Positions 38,967-53,170 of a stretch of DNA of 64,000 bases are shown piece by piece. A program made the translations under genes and the position numbers. Location: the NCBI GenBank assembly GCA_951406725.2, contig OX597815.1, positions 196,044,001-196,108,000 on the forward strand, in the 5' to 3' direction. The notes under the pieces are model-generated. The model saw only the letters and a program-made list of their open reading frames with translations, was not told where the DNA came from and made no database searches. How positions within the stretch are numbered: the first letter of the stretch is position 1; every line of letters begins with the position of its first letter. Origin of the DNA: Octopus vulgaris. Lineage: Eukaryota.

Positions 38967-39351
38967 TGGAAGCACTCCGTCGGTTACGACGATGAGGGTT
39001 CCGGTTGATCCGAATCAACGGAACAGCCTGCTCGTGAAATTAACGTGTAAGTGGCTGAGCACTCCACAGACACGTGCACCCTTAACGTAGTTCTCGGGAA
39101 TATTCAGCGTGACACAGAGAGTGACAAGGCCGGCCCCTTGAAATACAGGTACAACAGAAACAGGAAGTAAGAGTGAGAGAAAGTTGTGGCGAAAGAGTAC
39201 AGGAGGGATCACCACCATCCCCTGCCGGAGCCTCGTGGAGCTTTTTGGTGTTTTCGCTCAATAAACACTCACAACGCCCGGTCTGGGAATCGAAACCGCG
39301 ATCCTACGACCGCGAGTCCGCTGCCCTAACCACTGGGCCATTGCGCCTCCA
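38967..39351 (-). mobile_element. SINE head C + tail 1
   Basis: Full length; TSD aataggaattt. Confidence 0.92.
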
Positions 39352-39962
39352 ATAGGAATTTAATGAGTCATTGGCTGAGTATTGTTGTTGCCTTTAAATT
39401 AGGCGTAGCTGCTATTTCTACCATGAGAGTCCGGTTAGTTGCGCTCGTCAACACGTCAGAGATTAGTTTCAGCTAAATAATATGGTCTTTATTTGCTTTA
39501 TTGTTGAGCAACACTTTAGCTCTGGTCGAGTAAATATATTTCCAAAAGGCTATAGAAATTCGTTTGAGAGTTGAATGCTTAAGCATTGCCTAAATACTTA
39601 AGCCTTCCTCAGGTTAGATTCCTTTGAATTTAGCTATAAAGTTGTAGAACTGGTGTGCATAACTGACGTCATTATTACAAAATAGGCAAATATTTATTAG
39701 AAGTATTACTTTTGATAACGATAAAAGAATAAGTGCATGAAAGAATGTGCATAGATTTATGTATAAGTGTATAGAAATGCATGCTCTAATTGATGTAGTG
39801 TATTGCGCAGAAGAAATAATACACACACACACTACATACACTCACAGCTCACAGATACGCACGCACAGAAACACACACACATATACATGAACACACTCAC
39901 ACACGTATTTACAAATATGTATGTGTGCAAATATGTATTCTTTTTTTTTCTTCTTTTTTTTT

Positions 39963-40358
39963 CTTTTTTACTTGTTTCAGTCATTTGACTGCGGCCATGC
40001 TGGAGCACCGCCTTTAATCGAGCAACTCGACCCCGGGACTTATTCTTTTGTAAGCCCAGTACTTATTCTATCGGTCTCTTTTGCCGAACCGCTAAGTGAC
40101 GGGGACGTAAACACACCAGCATCGGTTGTCAAGCGATGCTGGGGGACAAACACAGACACACACACGCATATATATATATATATATACATATATACGACGG
40201 GCTTCTTTCAGTTTCCATCTACCAAATCTACTCACCAGGCTTTGGTCGGCCCGAGGCTATAGTAGAAAACACTTGCCCAAGGTGCCACGCAGTGGGACTG
40301 AACCCGGAACCATGTGGTTGGTAAACAAGCTACTTACCACACAGCCACTCCTGCGCCT
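39963..40358 (-). mobile_element. SINE family A
   Basis: Full-length, young-looking copy. Confidence 0.92.
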
Positions 40359-40414
40359 ATATACATATTTACATAGAAATATGTAATTCTATATAATGTG
40401 AGAATATGTGTGAT

Positions 40415-40448
<34 letters not shown>

Positions 40449-41052
40449 CTATGCTTTTTACTGAAATGACGGAGGAATATATGCCGTCTCACAGTCTAAC
40501 GTATACCGAGTTTTCTTGTTTTTGTTTTTTGTTCTTCTTGGTCTACTTTAGATGTAATTATATCGAACTACCAACATCGAAACTGTTCTCACTACGCAGA
40601 TAAGCCAGAACTGCACAATCCGACGCACTCTTCCGATGTGGAGTGTAACTTAGGAGAGGTTCTCTTGCTATTTCTAATGGCCAACTATAGACACTTCCTG
40701 CAAATTGCAAATACCATATATATAATTTTTTCGATTCGATTTATTATTTTTAATACTAGTATTGTTTTTATACATACATACAAGCATATGTAATGATAAT
40801 AATAAGTGGATGTAAACACATGAAAAAAATAAGAATAAACAAAAACAACAACAACAAAAACAAAATACAAATTACATGAACGTATATAAACAGAAGATAC
40901 AAATATTACAGGCATCCCCCCACATACACACACTAAATAAACATAGACGCACACAGAGATATAAGCATGCCCAAATGAAAACATACAATAGAAATACAAA
41001 ATGGCTGACGGTTAGTAAGGAGAGACACAAATAAGAAAGAAGAAAACAAAGG

Positions 41053-41094
41053 ACCACTGATGCGGTCACAGGAGTGTGACGAAAGAACTCTGGC
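41053..41094 (+). ncRNA. Hammerhead-like motif (A9C core change)
   Basis: CCA-CTGATGC-g-GTCAC(aggagt)GTGAC-GAAA-G(aa)C-TC-TGG. Confidence 0.6.
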
Positions 41095-41251
41095 TGAAAT
41101 AAGATTAAGATTAATGTAAAAAATAAATAACACTGAAGCAAAATAACACCAAATATATAGTGCGTGTGTTTTTATTGGCTAAACTGGCAATATGACCATT
41201 CCGAAATATAACAATATATATATATACATACTTTACATATATATATGTATG

Positions 41252-41306
<55 letters not shown>

Positions 41307-41853
41307 TTATACATACATATATATATATATATACATACATATATATACATATATATATATATAGATATATATATATATACATACATATATATACATATAT
41401 ATATATATAGATACATATATATATATATACATACATATATATATATATATATACACATATATACATATATATGTGTATACATACATACATATATATGCAA
41501 ACACACACACATATATATATATATAACTGTTTATTTATGGTTGTATGAATTTATTTATCGCGGATTAGGATGGTATGTTGCTTGGTCTACAGCTTCTCCG
41601 GTCCAAATATTTTAAAGGATTTCAGAAAGTGAGTTTGAATGAAACCTGATATATATATATATATATATAAACTTTGCAGCCACTGACAAAAATTCCTCAT
41701 AGAGGGCTTGACTGAAGGATATCGAGTATGCAAAGAAATACAGAGTAAGAGTTTTCATGAAACTCATTACGCATATTTTCATAAAGTACTCATATGAGCA
41801 TAGATTCGAGTTCAACGAATGACAAAAGCAATTTAATGCTAATATATACATAC

Positions 41854-41902
<49 letters not shown>

Positions 41903-41908
<6 letters not shown>

Positions 41909-42110
41909 ATCCAAAAAAGAAAGCACAAAAAAACACAACAACGCGAGGACGTGGAACAAATATAGTATTATTGGACGCTCAAGAAAGAAAGAAAGAAGAA
42001 GGGTTTAACGTTTCGAGCGGAGCTCTTCGTCGGAAACATAGGAGAAGGAAAGATCCAAAGAAGGGTGGACAGAGGAAAAAAAAATCGCCAACGGTACACA
42101 CGAGGTCACA
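41903..42110 (-). mobile_element. Short TA-adjacent element with HHR-like motif (42003-42037)
   Basis: GTTT-CCGACGA-a-GAGC(tcc)GCTC-GAAA-C-GTT-AAAC; homologous to 62935-63125. Confidence 0.7.
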
Positions 42111-42430
42111 TTCACCTCGATCACCTTGACCGACTAGTCCGTCAGGCGTCCATTTGACACCGCTGGTCACAGCACGCTGTCCACTCCTCTCTGGATCGCG
42201 CCTTTCTCATCCACGTGATCCCAATCGTCCTCCTGAAATCGTAATTCCACCGTCGTGGAGGTCTTCCTGGTGGTCTTTTCCGCTCGCGCGGGTACCACTC
42301 GACAACTGCGTGCGTCCACCGATTATCGGTTAGCCGGGCGACGTGTCCAGCCCATCTATACTTTGCTGCGTGTATACTCTGCGATGACATCTCCCACGCC
42401 GGACTTCTTTCTGATGATCTCGCTACTTAT
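42111..42430 (-). mobile_element. RTE-clade LINE 3' fragment
   Basis: KYRWAGHVARLTDNRWT..VEWYPRERKRPPGRPPRRW..D typical of RTE C-terminus; 3'UTR gtcggtcaaggtgatcgaggtga. Confidence 0.9.
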
Positions 42431-42440
42431 GTGCTCTCTC

Positions 42441-42900
42441 AATAGGAAAAGGAAGAAAATAGAAATTTCGAAGTTAATAAGAGTTTATTATCAGCAAGAA
42501 ATCGATCATTATCCCTTACAGCTGTTTCAATTATACACAGTGAAATTAATTAAATATTAAATTCGTATCCCTGAGATTAATCTCTTCAGAGGGAAAAAAA
42601 TTACCCTTAGATGTTATGTATGTATGTTTGTAGATTAATCACAGCAGACTTGGGGGTCTGCTGTGATGAATCTACAACCAGACATACAGAACATGTAAGA
42701 TGAGTCTACAAACAAACGTACATAACGTCTAAGGGTATATTCCCACACCGCTTTGAAGACATTATTCTCAGGAATATGAATTTGATATTTAATTAATTTC
42801 TCTCTGTATAATTGAAACAGTTGCAGGGGATAATGATCGACTTCTTATTGATAATAAATTCTTATTAACTTCAAAATCTCCATTTTCTTGTTTCCTTTGC
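42441..42900. mobile_element. Long imperfect fold-back element with HHR in each arm
   Basis: ~190-bp inverted arms around hairpin atcacagcagac/gtctgctgtgat. Confidence 0.8.
42512..42594 (-). ncRNA. Hammerhead ribozyme motif, intact canonical core, long stem II insert
   Basis: TCCCT-CTGAAGA-GATTA..TAATT-GAAA-CAGCTG-TA-AGGGA; palindromic stem III ACAGCTGT, GUA triplet. Confidence 0.72.
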
Positions 42901-43165
42901 ATGAATATAAACTACAGTTTATATACATACCTATTATTTTAAGGAAACCAATTGCCCTCAAAATATTAGGTATTGAACCAGTATTTCCTTTGATGGCGCA
43001 ATCCCTTCATGAGGCTAGCATTACTTCTATCTGAATTATATACATAATTATAGATATATTACGCAACGCTCTACACGCCTGCACGCATATACATAAATAT
43101 ATGTCCCCCACACTCGGACTTATATATGTATGCTTTTATATATATACATATATATATATATATAT

Positions 43166-43363
43166 ACAACTTATAAACAAGGGCAAAAGAAATTTATTTC
43201 TATGCCAATATGCTAATAACAGACTTTTAAATCGTCAATTTCCACATATTATTATATACCCACTACATATTATATAACAATATGTGGAAATTGACAATTT
43301 AAAAGTCTGTTATGAACATATTGGCATAGAAATAATTTTCTTTTGCCCTTGTTTATAAGTTGT
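43166..43363. repeat. Fold-back inverted repeat, ~92-bp arms, short loop
   Basis: acaacttataaacaagggcaaaagaaa... / ...tttcttttgcccttgtttataagttgt; begins at a (TA)n tract. Confidence 0.9.
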
Positions 43364-43452
43364 TTATGATTTTAACCTTTAAAGGTATTCTAATATGCTG
43401 CCACTTTTTCTTGATGAAATTTTTTTCTGTAAAAAATCTTCATCCTATATTA

Positions 43453-43505
<53 letters not shown>

Positions 43506-43580
43506 GACACATAGATATTGACAGAAAAAGGCATGAACGAGAGAGAGAGAAAGAATGAGAGAGATAGAAAGAGAGCAAAT

Positions 43581-43631
<51 letters not shown>

Positions 43632-43959
43632 AGAAAGAGACTGGGTGTTTCATGAATAAGTGCAGGGTGTGTCCAATGACTCGCAATTACATAGCATTTT
43701 TGCTGGGGTGGGGTGAATTGATAAAGTGAACTCATAACTTTAAAATCCAAATACGGGAGCGTACAAGATCAACAACATGAGCAAATAGCGCAATAGCCAC
43801 AACAATAACATTCTACCTGGTTATTCGGGTCCGCCCTCTTGTGGCTAACACTTATAGTACATAATATTAAAATATTTGTAATTACACGTTTTACTTCCGG
43901 GTAACATGAGTACAAAGAAGCGCTCGATTGTTTCGCTTTGCGGGCGACACTAAAACTGT

Positions 43960-44218
43960 ATTTGCATGTGTGTATGTATGTATGCATGTATGTATGTGTG
44001 TATGTATGTATATATATATATGCATGTATGTTTGTATGTATATATGCATGTATGTGTGTATGTATGTATATATATATGCATGTATGTTTGTATGTATATA
44101 TATATATGCATGCATGTATGTATGTATATATATATATGCATGCATGTATGTATGTATGTATATATATATATGCATGCATGTATGTATGCATGTATGTATA
44201 TATATATGCATGTATGTA

Positions 44219-44254
<36 letters not shown>

Positions 44255-44620
44255 TGCATGTATGTATGTATATATATATATGCATGCATGTATGTATGCA
44301 TGTATGTATATATGTATGTATGCATGTATGTATGCAAATATGTATGTATGTATGCATGCATACATGTATGTATGTATGTACGTCTGTCTATCCGTTTGTA
44401 CGTATGCAAATATGTATGTTTAGCATATATGTATGTATGACCGTGCGTTCACACGTATGTATATAGGTACGTATTTGTGTATGTAAATATGCATGTATGT
44501 ATGTACGTATGTTCGTGCGTTCGTACGTATGTATATAGGTATATATGTATATGTATGTATGTATTGTATGTATTGTATGTTTGTATGTATGCGTGTTTGC
44601 GTGTATATATATATATGTAT
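43960..44620. repeat. Complex (ATGT)/(ATGC)/(TA) low-complexity tract
   Basis: Direct reading. Confidence 0.9.
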
Positions 44621-44830
44621 CGTGTTGTATGGCTTTCATGCACTCGTATTTTCTTTCAAAGTGATCACAAAATATTAGAATATTTGTAATTATATGCTTT
44701 ACTTCCGGGTAAGGTGAGTGGGCGAAAGCTCACTTCAGTAGGCGACACCAATACTTTGTGCATGCGTATATGTGTGTGTATATATATGTATGTGTGTGTG
44801 TGTACTACCGCCATCACCAAGACACCAACA

Positions 44831-44902
<72 letters not shown>

Positions 44903-44913
44903 TACCACTACAT

Positions 44914-44957
<44 letters not shown>

Positions 44958-45111
44958 GTCTTAGCGGCTGTTGTTTGTTCCGTTTCATTTTGTACTCTTA
45001 TTTTTGTTCTTCTTGGTTCTTTCCACTGTATCCCATTTCAGAAATGCGCAGAAGGTTCCCTTCAGTTTTGCTTGTATTTTACTTCTTGTCTTTGGTAGGA
45101 GAACACAGTTT

Positions 45112-45382
45112 GGAACTTCTCCTTTTGAACGGCAGTTTTCAACACAGTTTCTAGTTAACTAAACACTTTTAAACTTCGTATACTGGTTAAAATTCGTAGA
45201 TTGGTTAAAATTGCCGAAATGCTCGAAATTAAAATCGAAATATGTTACAACATATAGAATTTTCTCAATAAATCCAAGAAAAAATGATGTTTTATAAACA
45301 CATTCTACCAGTATACGAAGTTTAAAAGTGTTTAGTTAACTAGAAATTGTGTTGAAAACTGCCATTCAAAAGGAAAAGATCC
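45112..45382. mobile_element. MITE with ~72-bp TIRs and 8-bp TSD
   Basis: TIR ggaWcttYtcc(t)tttgaaYggcagttttcaacaca..; perfect TSD cacagttt. Confidence 0.9.
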
Positions 45383-45993
45383 CACAGTTTGGCGCTATCT
45401 TTGGCTCACAGGTGCTTTTAGTAAACAGCTCTCTGTTACAAGAATCCAGACAAATCATCCGAATTAGGGGTTTCTCTTACTTAACTACGCACCATTATCT
45501 TCCCACTTGCCCATGACGCAGGATAAAATAACCAAATCCCCTGGCCAAATCCTTTCTATGAAAACCAATATAATCCGTACCATCTTTGTTCCAAAGTCAG
45601 AAGCATTATTAATATTGAGGTTATTATCATCGTTTTTATCTCAATCATTAAACATTATCTAACGCAATATGTTTTAGTCGAATACCTGCTATATTGGAAC
45701 ACCTCTAGAAGTTATACGAATACCCGAGATATCCATCGAGCAGATAACGCATAAATCACTTCCACTTTATTTACTACGGCTATCGGCTTCTGAAGGATAT
45801 AAAATTGATATATATTACGCTTTTATCACACTCGCAGTCTGCTTCTTTCATGCTTTTAACTCGATACCAACCGTATGAGTGCGATTCTGTTTTTCTGTTT
45901 TATACCGCACTTGTCCTATATAAATATATTATTCTATTTTATGTAAACAAACTTCTATATTTCTGTGTGTATACACAGACATACATACATACA

Positions 45994-46075
<82 letters not shown>

Positions 46076-46084
46076 TGGGTGTGT

Positions 46085-46395
46085 GTGAGGCGCAATGGCC
46101 CAGTGGTTAGGGCAGCGCACTCGCGGTTATAGGATCGCGGTTTCGATTCCCAGACCGAGCGTTATGTGTGTTTTTTGATCGAAAAACACCTAAAGCTCCA
46201 CGACGCTCCGGCAGGGAGGGTGGTGGCGATCCCTGCTCTACTCTTTCGCCACAACTTTCTCGCACTCTTTCTTCTGTTGACCTGCTAGCTTACACAGCCG
46301 GGTGGCGTCATTTGAAGGCTAAAACAATGCAAAGCGCATTGTAACTAACGATTTGTAGTAACATCTGATAGCCTGGTCGGTCACGGTCATCACGT

Positions 46396-46399
<4 letters not shown>
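46085..46399 (+). mobile_element. SINE head C + tail 2
   Basis: Homology to 13805-14119. Confidence 0.9.
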
Positions 46400-46435
<36 letters not shown>

Positions 46436-46992
46436 ACACATTATGCACACACACACACATGTATTAATATAAAGAGCCAAGCACAATGTGGTATCTAAAG
46501 GAAAAGTCCAATCGTCACTCATTGTGAATAAGGATGCCGAAGCACTAGCATTGCTAGAAATAAGAGTTAAAATACTCCTAATGCTCTATGAAGAACGCAG
46601 ATATATACATATACCGACAAGGGAGTTACCCAACGTATGGCCGCCACAAAATAACATGATAATGCATTACTTCTTGATCATGGTCAGAAGACCAGGCCAA
46701 ATTCTTAAGTACACCAAAATAATGTACGTGTGTTTGCGTGTTTGCGTGCGCGCGTATATGAGTGTGTACGTGCGTATGTGTATGTGTATGTGTATGTGTG
46801 CATGACTGTATGTGTGCATGTATGTATTTGTTTGCGTAGAATAATATGCGCTAGCAGCACAATATTTGTGGGAAGTCTTTTCTTAAATGTTTCTCCAGGG
46901 AAGTTTGCGGTAGTGCCCCTCAGTCAAGACGTGCAAAGTGAAGTTCAGAATGGAGGGACCATGGGAGCCTTGAAAAGCTAAACAGGAATTTA

Positions 46993-47215
46993 TATTTCTT
47001 TACTACCCACAAGGGGCTAAACACAGAAGGGACAAACAAGGACAGACAAAGGGATTAAGTCGATTGCATCCACCCCAGTGCGTAACTGGTACTTAATTTA
47101 TCGACCCCGAAAGGATGAAAAGGAAAGTCGACCTCGGCGGAATTTGAACTCGAAACGTAACGACAGACGAAATACGGTACGCATTTCGCCCGGAGTGCTA
47201 CCGTTTCTGCCAGCT
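46993..47215 (-). mobile_element. Meta-domain SINE
   Basis: Homology to family B. Confidence 0.9.
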
Positions 47216-47691
47216 GATGTATGGATTTTCTTCGTGTAAGACTCGGCAGTATAAATGTTCACGTCACAGAGACACTAATCTCAAGCATTGTCAGGTACCT
47301 GTAGAGCTTTTAGAAGAATATCTTTGAGGCTTTGAGGTCATTGCTAATTGCTCTGATTTTATCGTTTACAAACGCCGACTTAGAAAAATATCGTGCAGAT
47401 CCAAATGTTAATGGAAAAGTTTGTTAATCAATTAGAGAGAATTTCAGTGTTACCTGGTCTTAATTGTTTGTTATACATAGCAGCTGTTGCATGTTACATA
47501 TGTAAGCTGTTTTCTGATTTGGATGAAAGTAGTTCCTTGAAATGACTCAGAAGGATTTCAGCTTATGTGAGACGTATTTTCCCTGCTCTCAGCGACCCCC
47601 ACCAAAAAAAAAAAATTTGCGTTTGTGATTAAATTTTGACTGCATGGCCATTCTAGGAAAACTTGTCAGAAAGTGTAGGTCTGTATGTGTG

Positions 47692-47797
<106 letters not shown>

Positions 47798-47974
47798 CAT
47801 GTATTTATTAACGAGTATACTTGTATACACCAGCATAAGAATGTATATGGAGGCATGTACACACACACATATATGTGTATATACATCGATAAGTATATAT
47901 ATAAATATACGTGTATATATATATATATATATAAATCAATATGTATATAAATATATATTTATATATATATATAT

Positions 47975-48019
<45 letters not shown>

Positions 48020-48433
48020 AATGAATACATTTATATATATATATATATATGCGTTTCGCATGATAATCGGTCACGTGAAACCTGAATAACAATTTTGTTA
48101 AATGTTTTCGGTTTTAATGAAATATTATATTACTCTAAATGCGATTGGATTACTATACATTCCACCTTGTTTGGCACATTAACTTTGTTCATGTGTGTGT
48201 GTGTGCTTATATATATATATATATATACATACATACATGTACATGCATGTTTATAACTATGTGTATGCACATATGCTCGTTTATGCGTGTATGTATATAT
48301 ATATATATATGTATATATGAATGTATGCGTGATTATGTATACGTACATGCTTATATGTACGAATCCATGCACAAGAACAAACCACACACACCCACACTCA
48401 CATATACACAAATTAACAACCACATAGACATAC

Positions 48434-48466
<33 letters not shown>

Positions 48467-49247
48467 TGCGAAAGCGTGAGAAAATATTCACTTTCCATTA
48501 AAGACACAAGATAACATTCATTGATTGGCAGCTCTTATCAGGAAATACGCGTAAAATCCATATTGATTTTTTTTGTATACTCCTCGATATGCCTTTACAA
48601 TCAATGAATTGTATGGCGTGTATTCGACGGTAAGTTCACATTTTCTCACGCTTTTTCATATAAATACTCTTTTTATAGCAGCTTCTCGTAAGTAGTATAA
48701 GTTGTAGCGCTTATCGTTTTGTCGGTACACCCAAATCTCAAATGAGTAACCGCAAATGAGTAACTTCACATGGCAGCATACCCCGTCGATATATTTGAAA
48801 ACCTGACAGATACAAGAAACGGGAGAAAAAGCTCCAGCGATGCAACCTTTATTAATGTTATATTCCCTTAGCTTAAAACATTGACCCAAGAGAAAATGTA
48901 TGGCATTGCTTAGATGAGTTGCTATAAATGCACAATATAGAAGCCAAACATACGTTTTTGTACTTCGAAGCTAGGCGGTACATGGCACAGTATTTAAAAA
49001 ATCGTATGTTAGGTTGTTTAACTGCAGTCTATTCATATCTAGGGCGTTTTGTTCTAGCTTTCAGTTCTAGGGCGTTACACTTCATGTTGAAATAATAGAA
49101 CTTACATATCGACTTGAGAAGTTTGGCATTTTATATAATATAGTTTACAAAATACGCTGTTTGATGAATACACATTTTTTTTCTTACAGATGTATACAGC
49201 TTAGAATATACAGTCTTTATTGTTTATTAAATGTTTTGTCTACCGAA

Positions 49248-49384
49248 TACGAAGGGGTTCTGAAAAGTTCTTGCCTATAAGGGCGTCGTGAGGCCCAACC
49301 TTCCCTGTTCTTTCACAGGGCTTAGAAAAACTGCAGGATCGATGCAATGAGTGTGTGAATCGAACAGAAAAATTAGTTGGATAA
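49248..49384 (+). mobile_element. Tc1/mariner deletion derivative
   Basis: TA + cgaaggggttctgaaaagtt TIR-like start, then SQGLEKLQDRCNECVNRTEKLVG* resembling a mariner transposase C-terminus. Confidence 0.6.
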
Positions 49385-49397
49385 CACATACATACAT

Positions 49398-49690
<293 letters not shown>

Positions 49691-49744
49691 ATACATATAT
49701 ATATTTTTGTAGTCTAGCCAATAAGACCCGAAATTTGGGGGGAG

Positions 49745-49908
49745 GAGTCAGCCGATTAGATCGACCCCCAGTACGCAACTGGTAGTTAATTTATCGACCC
49801 TGAAAAGATGAAAGGCAAAGTCGACCTCGGCGTAATTTGAACTCAGAACGTAAAGACAAAATACTTCTAAGTATTTCGCCCGGCGTACTAACGTTTCTGA
49901 CAGGTCGC
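49745..49908 (-). mobile_element. Meta-domain SINE (older subfamily)
   Basis: Homology to family B. Confidence 0.8.
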
Positions 49909-50079
49909 CACAGATAGTGAAGGGCTCTCCCGGCGAAGTCGAAGTATGAGTGCTCGGGATTTTTGCCGAAGGAACTGCACAAATGATTTGTTTATAGTGA
50001 TCAAATGTGTGTGGCATATGTGAACTCACTCTCTCCTTCTAATCGACGTTGCGTGAGAAGATCTACGATGTGCTGTGTG

Positions 50080-50180
50080 TTAGAGCAACGTGAGAGGAAG
50101 TAATTTGCTCAAGAACACAATTCAGCACCCCGTCGAGGAATTGAAACCGCGATCACGCGATCGTTAGTGCAACACTCTAA
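50080..50180 (-). mobile_element. Diverged SINE D head fragment
   Basis: gagcaacgtga..ttgctcaagaacacaa..aggaattgaaacc matches 12517-13020. Confidence 0.65.
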
Positions 50181-50589
50181 ATACACACAGACACACACAC
50201 AGACACACACACACACACATACATACACACACACACACAAACACACACGCACATGTATGTATGTGCGTAATGAATATATCTATGCTTGTGTTCAATAGTA
50301 TTTCACTGGGAAAAATCACACATCATCCCTCTATTAATCTTGTCCAATTTCCTTTTGTTGGTGATGGTGGTTGATGTATAAATATTTCACGGATGAAGGC
50401 CACTGGATTAATATATAAAATGACAATTAGCTTCAGGTGCTGAGTTTAAATAATTTCACGCTTCTGAAGAAATTATAAGTAAACTATTCCAGCGTATTTT
50501 CTTTAATTACAAATCGGAGACAATGAATTCTATTGTGAAAATCACTACTTTACTGATAATAACTTTGAAATCTATTATCATCATCATCA

Positions 50590-50633
<44 letters not shown>

Positions 50634-50798
50634 GTTGTTATTATTGCTGTTGTTGTTGTTGTTGTTATATGTATTATGTCTTATTGCAAACTTCTGTGTA
50701 GAAAATTCACCTTTAGCAAAATAACATCTCTTCAATTCTAATCAAAGCAATTTTTATGTAGTTGTGTAGCCCCAAATTCAGCACTTATGGAACAGACC

Positions 50799-51029
50799 TA
50801 TTTCTTTACTACCCACAAGGGGCTAAACACAGAGAGGACAAACAAGGACAGACAAACGGATTAAGTCGATTATATCGACCCCATTGCGTAACTGGTACTT
50901 AATATACCGACCCCGAAAGGATGAAAGGCAAAGTCGACCTCGACAGAATTTGAACTCAGAACGTAGCTGCAGACGAAATACCGCTAAGCATTTCGCCCGA
51001 CGTGCTAACGTTTCTGCCAGCTCGCCGCC
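50799..51029 (-). mobile_element. Meta-domain SINE
   Basis: TSD ttatggaacaga. Confidence 0.9.
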
Positions 51030-51427
51030 TTTATGGAACAGATCTACGACCAAAATCATTGTTACTCTGATCATGCTCATATATTTTCATACGCGGATTC
51101 TCATAGATAACATGTTCCTCTATGTATCCTTCAGAACCATGGTTTCAGATAGAAAAAGAAACCATCTTTTAGACAAATTTGCAAAGACATTGCTTTGTTT
51201 CAGCGTAAACTATTCTTTATAGGAGTAATTCAGATGATCAGAGAGAGGTGAAAATGTACATGGATGCATGTTCTTTTTGTTTTTATGTTTTCGTTTCTCA
51301 TTGTGTTCAACGTTTTCTTGATGTCCTGTAACCATATATACATATATATGTAGGTATGTACATATATGTACGTATATATGCATATATTTATATATTATTT
51401 ATATTATATATAAATATATATATATAT

Positions 51428-51695
51428 ATATGGATTTTTGCGTAATGAGATAAAAAAAACCAAGGCTGTATAGATATTAGAGCATTTATAGATACATGCG
51501 CACGCACACATACACACACACACATACACACACAGACAAATACATATACAGGCATGCATACACATAGATGCGTGGGTGTGCCTGAGAGAAGAGGGAGAGG
51601 AAGACATGCATCATGTCTATAAATGCTCTATAAATGATCTAATATCTATACAACCTTGGGGTTTTTTTTTATCTCATTACGCAAAAATTCATATA
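51428..51695. repeat. Inverted repeat, ~65-bp arms around microsatellite spacer
   Basis: ttttgcgtaatgagataaaaaaaaccaaggctgtatagatattagagcatttataga and its reverse complement; solo arm at 63128-63195. Confidence 0.85.
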
Positions 51696-51906
51696 TACAC
51701 ACGCTGACATAGAACCAACGATGAACCCTTTATTCGCATAATCAGCGAATCTGGAACTTAACTATGGTCTGTCTATAGCACTTATTCAGCATTACCTGAC
51801 ACTTTGGGGTCTCAATGACACCATTATCTCTTATTTATATATATATATATATATATATACATACACACACACACATACCCTATTTAAACCCTGCGTATTT
51901 TGCAAA

Positions 51907-52295
51907 TGTGGAGGCGCAATGGCTCAGTGGTTAGGGCAGCGGACTCGCGGTCATAGGATCGCGGTTTCGATTCCCAGACCGGGCGTTGTGAGTGTTTATT
52001 GAGCGAAAACATCTAAAAAAGCTCCACGAGGCTCCGGCAGGGGATGGTGGTGATCCCTGCTGTACTCTTTCACCACAACTTTCTCTCACTCTTACTTCCT
52101 GTTTCTGTTGTACCTGTATTTCAAGGGGCCGGCCTTGTCACTCTCTGTGTCACACTGAATAACCCCGAGAACTACGTTAAGTGTGCACGTGTCTGTGGAG
52201 TGCTCAGCCACTTACACGTTAGTTTCACGAGCTGGCTGTTCCGTTGATTCGGATCAACCGGAACCCTCATCGTCGTATCCGACGGAGTGCTTCCA
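51907..52295 (+). mobile_element. SINE head C + tail 1
   Basis: Full-length homology. Confidence 0.92.
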
Positions 52296-53115
52296 CCATC
52301 CATTTTTCGAATGTACACATACATTGCTGGAGACTTTCCCAGATCGTCAAGAAGCTTGCTTTGCGATCCTTAGGTTTCCTTGTCGAAGCTATGGAGCTGG
52401 TCTCTTGTTGCACAATTATTATTACGATCGCTCTCTTCTTTCTTTCTTTCTGCTCCCTCTGTATCTGCGTCTTTGGCTTGAAGTTGTTTGGATGTAAATT
52501 CTGTGAAACCCCATTTTATGGACTTTAAAACTCCAAAAGATAGCGTTGTCTTATAAATGTCACCGAAGCTGTCTTAGGACTTCGTAAGGTTACAAATGAT
52601 TGTTGAATACAATTCTTGTTATTACAAATCGACGTGGTAGACATTTACATTGTGTACATTATGATGCATGTCTTCCTCTCCCTCTTCTCCCAGGCGCACC
52701 CACGTATCTACATGTGTATGCATGCCTGTGTATGTATTTGTGCGTGTGTCTGTGTATGTGCGCACGTGCATGTAATTTTGCACGTACACGTTATTATACG
52801 CTTATATAAATTAGCACAGAGAAACTACGTACGTTAAATAAGAGCTTGACATTTGTAAGTTAGGAAATGCACGCCAACAACACTGACTACCGACGTCAAC
52901 CAATTGTACATACTCTTACACCATGTTCCAAGATGGCGCACGTTGCCTTGAACGTAAGCTTCACAATATATATCTATTTATAGTAACAGCTAAATGTATA
53001 TATATGTATCACTCTTGCTTACCACGCTCACACACTCACAATTATACATACGCACATATCTATTTAGATGTGTGTGAGCATGGGAATAAAATATGTATGT
53101 ATATACGTATGTAGT

Positions 53116-53170
<55 letters not shown>

